From Rhodothermales bacterium (GTDB lineage: Bacteria > Bacteroidota > Rhodothermia > Rhodothermales > Bin80), in NCBI GenBank assembly GCA_965208025.1, contig OZ242302.1, positions 1,936,727 through 2,000,726 on the forward strand: a stretch of DNA of 64,000 nt. The letters are read 5' to 3'. The position numbers and the translations under genes were made by a program. Below are positions 57,239 to 64,000 of the stretch, one piece after another. The stretch's first letter is position 1, and every line of letters starts with the position of its first letter. The notes beneath the pieces are model-generated. The model was not told the origin of the DNA, searched no databases, and worked only from the letters and a program-made list of their open reading frames with translations.

Positions 57239-59709
57239 GTTTTTGGGGTAGTTACACTGGCGTGATGGCGTAAGTAGGATGCCTCATCAAAATCATCTAC
57301 CTGTACGGCTTCCCATGCAGCACTAGCTGCTTCTTTGATTTTTTTGACCTCATCTTCCGATATGATTCCTGCCTCGCAGGCCCTCTCAAATCGTGTGTTC
57401 TTGGGCTTGCGTTCCAACTGGCCTGCACGCACCGCTGCCAGCACTTTTTTTTCTATTGGGCGAACCCCAGCTACCAGACTGAAAGCATGTTCAAACCGGC
57501 TGATTCCACGAGTGATATCTTTTCCAAGATAAATTCCTGCCGCCATACGATCACGCTGCGGACCAGGGGTTTGCATTCGTCTTGCCACTTCGTGTCCCAA
57601 TTCATCGGACGGGCCATTTCCAAAACTATTCAACTTGTGCCATAGCAGCGCCGGCCCACGCATCCACCATGTAAATCCAGTGATCCTAATATTTGCGAGT
57701 AGCCCTTCAAATGCTTTTTGAATTTCAGCAAAAGCGTATTCCATTGACCATTGGAAGAATGGAAGGTCTTCTTTTCGCTCACCTTCCACTTCAAATCGCC
57801 TGATGGTAGCAGTCGCGAGATACATCCAAGAAAAGATATCGGCGAAGCGTCCTGTAATTTTTTCTTTGCGCTTGAGTTCCCCTCCCAGAGAAGCCATAGC
57901 TAAGTCGGCCATGAATGCAAAGGAAGTGCTAATCCAGGTTAATCGACGAACATACTTCCGAACCACTCCACGACCAGAAACTGGAGTCGCGTGGCCCCTT
58001 GCAATTCCCAAGATCAGACATCTGGCGGCATTCCGAATGACATGTCCAACATGTCCGACAAAAGCACAATCAAATTCAGCAATATTTTTGTTGCCCAATG
58101 CTACAATTTCTTTGTACGCCCATGGATGAGAGCGAAGGGCTCCTTGACCAAAGATGATCAAAGTTCGGGTCAAGATATTTGCACCTTCAACCGTAATGGC
58201 GATGGGATTATTTATGTAATGATGGGCCAAAATATTCTTGGGACCAGACGAGATGGCACTCCCCCCCATTATATCCATTCCATCATTGATAATTTTTCGG
58301 GATAGTTCTGTAAGATTGTACTTTAGCACCGCGGTCACTACAGCTGGTGCCTCTCCACTATCAATAGCCCCAAGTGTATAGAGTCGTGCCGCATCCATGA
58401 GATATACGAAGCCCCCAATCCTGGCCAACGGCTCTTCAATTCCTTCAAATTTTCCAATTGGAAGTCCAAATTGACGTCGGACAGCAGCATACGCGGAAAC
58501 ACCCAGAAAGACAGCCTTAGCGCTCCCAACCGAGGAAGCAGGAAGTGAGATCCCCCTCCCAGCAGCAAGGGATTCCATTAACATCTTCCATCCCGCTCCC
58601 ACGCCTTTGTGCTCTCCTATGATGGCATCCATTGGCACGACCACATCACGCCCCTTGAAAGGAGCATTAATAAAGGGAACCCCCAGCGGGTCATGCCTTC
58701 GTCCTCGTTCAATTCCCGGGGTATCCGCTGGGATGAGCGCACAGGTAATCCCAAGATGTTCGCCAAGTCCAAGGAGATTCTCAGGATCTCTGAGCTTAAA
58801 AGCCAGTCCCAGAACATCTGCTATACTGGAAAGAGTGATATATCTCTTTTCCCAGTTCAGCCGGACATGCGTCCTGTTTGTTTCATCCTGAAATACAACC
58901 CCATTAGCCAGGAGTGCACCCGCATCACTACCTGCACCAGGCTCCGTTAAAGCAAAAGCCGGGAGAAGTGCCCCAGAAGCTAAACGGCCCAGATAATATT
59001 CCCGCTGTTTTTGAGTCCCGTAGTGTATCAAGAGTTCAGAGGGGCCCAGTGAATTAGGAACCATGACGGTCGTGGCAATAGGGCCACAGTGTGATTGAAG
59101 CTTCATCACCACCGCACTATTTGCCATTGCGGAGAATCCAAGACCACCATACTCGGTCGGGATGATCATCCCAAACATTTTCTCACGCTTCATCAAATCC
59201 CAAGCTTCCTCAGGGATCTGTCGATCAGCCCAAACCTTCCAATCGTCAACTAAATCACAGAGATCCTGTACCGGTCCATCCAGGAAATTTTTCTCCTCTT
59301 CACTCAGTTCAGGAAAAGACGTCGCTCGAATCCGTGACCAGTTCGGACGACCAGAAAATAATTCTCCCTCTACCCATACTTTCCCCGCTTCCAATGCAAC
59401 TCGCTCCGTATCTGAGATCTCCGGCAGTATATTCAATCGGTGAATTACACGCATGACCGGGTCGGTCACCAGAGCTCTGCGAAGCGCGGGTACAACCAGG
59501 ATTAAGATCAATACCGCCGCCACAAGAATCAACCAAAGCGGTGCCCCCGCAAAGAAAATAAATAGGAGGGAAGCCAACCCCCACATCCAGATACGTGCAC
59601 CATGATAGGCGAGGAAGAGTGCACCCAGAAGACCAATTGTAATACCTTGCCAGAGGATTAGAATACCATATCCGTATTGCTCCATAGAATTCTCCGTTGG
59701 CACAGCCAA
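57235..59709 (-). CDS. fadE: large acyl-CoA dehydrogenase (E. coli FadE type, with N-terminal TM segments)
   Basis: 824 aa, with N-terminal hydrophobic helices and an acyl-CoA dehydrogenase core (LTEPGAGSDAG, ...GEHKGVGAGWKMLMESLAAGR). A long C-terminal extension is typical of FadE. Confidence 0.88.
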   Translation of the reverse strand: MAVPTENSMEQYGYGILILWQGITIGLLGALFLAYHGARIWMWGLASLLFIFFAGAPLWLILVAAVLILILVVPALRRALVTDPVMRVIHRLNILPEISDTERVALEAGKVWVEGELFSGRPNWSRIRATSFPELSEEEKNFLDGPVQDLCDLVDDWKVWADRQIPEEAWDLMKREKMFGMIIPTEYGGLGFSAMANSAVVMKLQSHCGPIATTVMVPNSLGPSELLIHYGTQKQREYYLGRLASGALLPAFALTEPGAGSDAGALLANGVVFQDETNRTHVRLNWEKRYITLSSIADVLGLAFKLRDPENLLGLGEHLGITCALIPADTPGIERGRRHDPLGVPFINAPFKGRDVVVPMDAIIGEHKGVGAGWKMLMESLAAGRGISLPASSVGSAKAVFLGVSAYAAVRRQFGLPIGKFEGIEEPLARIGGFVYLMDAARLYTLGAIDSGEAPAVVTAVLKYNLTELSRKIINDGMDIMGGSAISSGPKNILAHHYINNPIAITVEGANILTRTLIIFGQGALRSHPWAYKEIVALGNKNIAEFDCAFVGHVGHVIRNAARCLILGIARGHATPVSGRGVVRKYVRRLTWISTSFAFMADLAMASLGGELKRKEKITGRFADIFSWMYLATATIRRFEVEGERKEDLPFFQWSMEYAFAEIQKAFEGLLANIRITGFTWWMRGPALLWHKLNSFGNGPSDELGHEVARRMQTPGPQRDRMAAGIYLGKDITRGISRFEHAFSLVAGVRPIEKKVLAAVRAGQLERKPKNTRFERACEAGIISEDEVKKIKEAASAAWEAVQVDDFDEASYLRHHASVTTPKT

Positions 59710-60284
59710 CCACAGGTGATTTCAAAAAGATTGTACGACCTAACGATCAAAAAGACATTTCCAATCAATAAGAGAAAGATAAGGACTAGCTATTGATGCA
59801 TTCATCAACCGATCAATTCGCCTGCTTCCGTCTATTCATGAAAATGATACGTTTACTCAGAGTTCATCGGCCAAAATTCATGGGATCCCCGAATGCGGTC
59901 TTTGTTCCACTGGATCTTTCAATGAGTGCGAAATCCATGTCAACCCATCTAGCCAACAATGCTACGATACTAGCTCAGCAGGTCTCACTACAATGGAAAT
60001 CTCCGAGATGGCAGGCAGATCATAGAGTATCAACATTAAAATCGTTCAACAATAGGTCCACCTTCAGCCAAACAAATTAACGGAAGTCCTCCCACCAGCG
60101 GGTCGTACATCCAGTCCATTGGTGAACTGATCCCTCTCGGCATCCAACAAGACCGAAACCTGTGGCTATATCTGGTTCAGAGAGCAGCACGAATTAAACG
60201 TTCTGTTCAAGCGAATCAAGATTGGTAGCGTTGCATTATGAATCTCCTGGCGGATGACTTGCCATGATTCTGGAAGAGCAAAGA

Positions 60285-61463
60285 CTACAGACGTTCAAAG
60301 ATGGCTGCTGCCCCCATGCCTCCACCAATGCACATGGTACACAGCCCGTATTGAACCCGTTCTCGTTTCATGGCATGGAGTAATGTGGCGGTCAACTTTG
60401 CTCCTGTACATCCAAGTGGATGCCCCAATGCAATCGCCCCTCCCTGCACATTTACGATCGTTTCGTCAAGATGCCCCTCACGAATGACCGCCAGAGCTTG
60501 GGCAGCAAATGCTTCATTCAGTTCAATGAGCCCGATCTGATCCAGACGAAGATTCGTTTTTTTCAGCACCTTCTCAATGGCGGGTACAGGGCCAATGCCC
60601 ATTAAGTCTGGGGAGACACCTGTCACAGCAAACCCAACCATACGGGCAAGCGGCTCCGCGCCTAAACGTGTAGCCATTGCTTCAGACATGACGACTGTTG
60701 CCGCAGCACCATCAGACATTTGGGAGGAGTTCCCTGCCGTGACGCTGCCCTTGTTGCGAAATACAGGACGTAGGCGAGCCAGCGCCTCTAAACTAGTATC
60801 TGCTCTCGGTCCCTCATCCTTGCCAAATTGATAGCTGATCTTTTGAGAAGCCCCATTCTGATAACTTGACTGCTGGATATTCAAGGGAATAATCTCATCG
60901 TGAAAGAGGCCCGCTGACTGGGCGGCAAGTGCACACTCATGTGACCGCAATGCAAATCGATCCTGATCTTCACGAGAGATATGATATTTCTCAACGATAT
61001 TCTCCGCTGTATTCCCCATTGAGACATAGACCTCTGGCTGATGATCTACAATATGCGGATCAGGTTGAAAATAATATCCGCTCATAGGGACCAGAGTCAT
61101 GCTCTCCGTTCCACCTGCAATGATACATTCGGCTTCTCCAATACTGATTGCCTGATTCGCCATTGCAATCGTCTGAAGTCCAGAGGAACAGAAACGATTG
61201 ACTGTAGCCCCAGGGACAGAATCTGGTAGCCCCGCGCGTCCTGCGATGATACGACCGACATTCATCCCTTGCGGTCCTTCCGGGAATGCACATCCGATGA
61301 GCACATCATCCACATCCTCGGCACTGAGGTTCGGAGTGCGCTCCAGGGCAACCCGAACCGCCTGCGCTCCGATATCTTCGGGACGAGTCAAGTGAAGCGC
61401 TCCCCGTTTTGCCTTGGCAACTGGTGTACGAAGACTGGTGACTATTACTGCTGATGATTGCAT
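60285..61463 (-). CDS. fadA: acetyl-CoA C-acyltransferase (3-ketoacyl-CoA thiolase)
   Basis: 392 aa. The active-site Cys is in [13 protein letters not shown], with C-terminal [21 protein letters not shown] and CIGGGMG motifs. Confidence 0.95.
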   Translation of the reverse strand: MQSSAVIVTSLRTPVAKAKRGALHLTRPEDIGAQAVRVALERTPNLSAEDVDDVLIGCAFPEGPQGMNVGRIIAGRAGLPDSVPGATVNRFCSSGLQTIAMANQAISIGEAECIIAGGTESMTLVPMSGYYFQPDPHIVDHQPEVYVSMGNTAENIVEKYHISREDQDRFALRSHECALAAQSAGLFHDEIIPLNIQQSSYQNGASQKISYQFGKDEGPRADTSLEALARLRPVFRNKGSVTAGNSSQMSDGAAATVVMSEAMATRLGAEPLARMVGFAVTGVSPDLMGIGPVPAIEKVLKKTNLRLDQIGLIELNEAFAAQALAVIREGHLDETIVNVQGGAIALGHPLGCTGAKLTATLLHAMKRERVQYGLCTMCIGGGMGAAAIFERL

Positions 61464-61475
61464 AGTTTGAGGGAC

Positions 61476-63851
61476 TCAGTTACGAATGGGACGATTATGC
61501 TTCAAGAGACCGATGATTCTCTCTTGGGTTTTCGGCTCGCCCAAAAGACCAAGAAACACCTCCCGCTCCAAGTCTAATAGATAGGACTCAGAGACATACT
61601 GTGCTCCACTTAAATCTCCCCCTGTAAAAACATGTGCCAGTTTCTGAGCCAAATGCATATCATAATCACTGATGTATCTACCCTGATGTAACTGATAGAC
61701 TGCGGCACTTAACGCCGCTGCGCCTGGACGCCCGAGTACACGAATGGGTGCAGAGGTTGGGGGGGGATAGTCCTGCCCGGAAAGCCTTAGTACTTCATGT
61801 TTTGCAGCAAAGAAGCGTCGCCGCGGATTCATCACAATGCTAGATTGATCGGGAAGAAGTCCTAACTCACGGGCTTCATATGCGCTGGTAGAAACAGTTG
61901 CCTTCGCAACGGTCTCAAAAGATCTCATCAGATCAGCGAGCAGATTACTGTCATAGCCAAAATTTCTCTGGCTGGCCCACGATGCAAGTCGCATACTTCC
62001 AGTCCCCGCTGGTATGAGTCCCACCCCCAGTTCTACCAGTCCGATATAAGATTCCGCAACCGCAACTGGATTTGCAGAGGCCATCATCAGTTCACATCCC
62101 CCACCCAGCACACGTTGGTGAATAGCAGCTACAACAGGCTTTCGCGCATAATGTATACGTTGCATTGCAGCCTGAAAATGCGCAATATATTGATCAATCT
62201 GATCAAACTTGCCTTCCTGCAAGGCACCCGCCATTTCGGCCAGATTCGCCCCGACGGAAAAGTGTGTCCCTTCATTGGCAATCACCAAGCCAACAAAATC
62301 AGGACTGTTTTCAACATAATCAATTGCTTCAAATAGTCCATTGATCACATTAAATCCAAGCGTGCATGCCTTGGATCGAAATTCAAATAGAGCCGTTGCC
62401 TCCCCCAGGTCAATGAGCCCCGATTCTTCATTTGACCACAGATCTGCTCCCGTTTCCTTTTTGATCACGGACAGGGACCGCTCCGTGGGTGAGCTTTCCT
62501 CAAGTATATATTCTTTTTGCTCTGGAACATAGACACTGGCGGGGTGCTCCCTATAGAAAGACGCATCGTCTGGCATGGTCAGTACCCACTCGGGTAGCTC
62601 AATTCCATCACGGAGCATGGCCGTCCGAACCGAATTAAATCCGATTGCGTCCCAGATTTGAAATGGTCCCATCTTCCATCCAAATCCTGCAGCGATTGCC
62701 CGATCCACACGAGCAGGACTATCCGTAATCTCACCAATCCGCCGTGCTGCATATCCCATCAGATCCAGCATAGTAGATCGGAAGAACGAGCCTGCACGGC
62801 CTTCATCTTCAAAGAGAGCCGAAAGGCGGTGAGGAAGTGAGCCAGCGGACTTGAACGAGGATAGATCTCCAAGATCAAGATTCCGGGGGGCCTCATATTC
62901 CCCCGTAGAGAGATTTAGAGACCGAATCTGTCCACTTTCTTTTTGATAAAATCCAGCCCCAGACTTTGCACCCAGAGCTCCCTTCTTCACTAACTCATGC
63001 AGTACATCTGGAACCTTGAATCGTTCTCTGGACTCGTCCTCTGGAACGCTGTCAAAAAGGTTCGCACATACAAGCTGGATCACATCCAGACCGATTAAAT
63101 CTGACGTTCTGAATGTACCAGACTTCGGCCGTCCCGTTAGTGGCCCAGTCAGTGTATCAATTTCTTCAATCGTATACTCGCCACTGACAAAGTGCTGGAT
63201 CGCCCCCAACATGCCATAAATGCCAATCCGATTCGCTATGAAGTAAGGGACATCATTGGCGAGAACAACTTCTTTACCAAGGCGAACGCGAGTATACCAC
63301 TCAATCTGTTCAAGCACATTGGGGTCCGTTTTGGGATGGGGAATCAATTCCATAAGACTCAGATACCTGGGTGGATTAAAAAAGTGAGTTCCCAGAAATC
63401 GCGGTCGGAACTCTTCACTAAATCCTTGGGCCAGAGAATGAATAGGAATCCCGCTGGTATTCGTAGAGACGATACAATCTGGGCCGATATGGAATTCAAT
63501 TTGTGCGTACAGAGATTTTTTGATGTCTGATCGCTCAATGATCGCCTCAATGATCCATTCAGCCTCGGAAAGTTCCTCGAGATCATGCTCAATGGTCCCA
63601 CAACGAATACGCTGTACGGTTACCTTCGTAAAGAATGGATTTGGACTGAACTTTGAAGCGGTCTTGAGCTGCTTCTTGACGAGAGCCTTTGGATCTGTAC
63701 CCTCTGGAGCTGCCAAATCCAAGAGCAAAACATTAAGTCCTGCATTTGCCAGATGGGCAGCAATCTGTACTCCCATCGTGCCAGCTCCGATCACAGCGGC
63801 ACGCCGAAACGGCAAAGGCATAAAATCACTTTGCATCAGATCTCTCCACAA
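61476..63851 (-). CDS. fadN: bifunctional 3-hydroxyacyl-CoA dehydrogenase / enoyl-CoA hydratase (FadN/FadB-like; dehydrogenase N-terminal, hydratase C-terminal)
   Basis: The N-terminal Rossmann motif is AAVIGAGTMGVQIAAHLANAG, and a C-terminal crotonase-fold region includes VIANEGTHFSVGANL. 791 aa. The start may be one of the internal Met residues at codons 6 or 11. Confidence 0.88.
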   Translation of the reverse strand: MWRDLMQSDFMPLPFRRAAVIGAGTMGVQIAAHLANAGLNVLLLDLAAPEGTDPKALVKKQLKTASKFSPNPFFTKVTVQRIRCGTIEHDLEELSEAEWIIEAIIERSDIKKSLYAQIEFHIGPDCIVSTNTSGIPIHSLAQGFSEEFRPRFLGTHFFNPPRYLSLMELIPHPKTDPNVLEQIEWYTRVRLGKEVVLANDVPYFIANRIGIYGMLGAIQHFVSGEYTIEEIDTLTGPLTGRPKSGTFRTSDLIGLDVIQLVCANLFDSVPEDESRERFKVPDVLHELVKKGALGAKSGAGFYQKESGQIRSLNLSTGEYEAPRNLDLGDLSSFKSAGSLPHRLSALFEDEGRAGSFFRSTMLDLMGYAARRIGEITDSPARVDRAIAAGFGWKMGPFQIWDAIGFNSVRTAMLRDGIELPEWVLTMPDDASFYREHPASVYVPEQKEYILEESSPTERSLSVIKKETGADLWSNEESGLIDLGEATALFEFRSKACTLGFNVINGLFEAIDYVENSPDFVGLVIANEGTHFSVGANLAEMAGALQEGKFDQIDQYIAHFQAAMQRIHYARKPVVAAIHQRVLGGGCELMMASANPVAVAESYIGLVELGVGLIPAGTGSMRLASWASQRNFGYDSNLLADLMRSFETVAKATVSTSAYEARELGLLPDQSSIVMNPRRRFFAAKHEVLRLSGQDYPPPTSAPIRVLGRPGAAALSAAVYQLHQGRYISDYDMHLAQKLAHVFTGGDLSGAQYVSESYLLDLEREVFLGLLGEPKTQERIIGLLKHNRPIRN

Positions 63852-64000
63852 TCTATTTCCAAGGTTGAACCCTTGAGATTCCTACTGTTCCATGGGGATA
63901 GTGGGCAACCACTGCACTTTTAATCTCATACCTATTCGCTCCCTCTACCATGACATGATTCAATGAACGATGATCTAATATACTTCATTCAATCATAATG

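Noticed and set aside
59793-60080. A 95-aa plus-strand ORF in the fadA-fadE gap.
   Set aside because: It runs opposite to the operon and has no motif or signal. It was kept only as part of the 'unexplained gap' observation.

Overview
The window is a chromosomal segment from a moderately low-GC bacterium. Spot counts give about 40-45% GC in housekeeping genes. Type IX secretion sorting domains and Bacteroidota-style lipoprotein signals suggest a Bacteroidota/Balneolota-like organism, but this taxonomic placement is inference only. All family assignments come from motifs I recognised by eye; no searches were run.

Gene content in order:
- A 5'-truncated unknown ORF, a zinc-metalloprotease lipoprotein and katG.
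- A cusCBA-type heavy-metal RND efflux operon, preceded by a small Cys/His-rich secreted ORF. cusA carries a perfect 39-nt in-frame tandem duplication.
- An accessory island of about 9 kb (14.0-23.3 kb) full of insertion-sequence debris: ISL3-type inverted repeats and transposase fragments, a frameshifted and truncated IS1595 transposase, and two ~297-bp direct repeats. It also holds an orphan Panacea/SocA-type antitoxin gene.
- In the same island, the most interesting module: a half-methyltransferase, a complete NPPY N6-adenine methyltransferase, and a T5orf172(GIY-YIG-like)-SF2 helicase fusion. This looks like a non-canonical restriction-modification-like defence system.
- dnaE carrying a 158-aa mini-intein in the GYGFNK/SH motif, then arsC, an Smr-domain gene, a class-I amidotransferase, an SxtJ-like membrane protein, dnaG, ppgK, dapD, a SPOR lipoprotein, deoC and btuF/btuC-like genes.
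- A surface-protein locus: one 2748-aa LRR + 18 Calx-beta + autotransporter-like beta-barrel protein, visibly more GC-rich than its surroundings, and two tandem paralogous S8 protease + plant-type LRR + T9SS-sorting-domain proteins.
- ispB, then an AAA ATPase gene inactivated by an intact ISL3 element (8-bp target duplication) and by an in-frame TGA.
- A fadN-fadA-fadE beta-oxidation cluster.

I found no rRNA, tRNA or CRISPR array.
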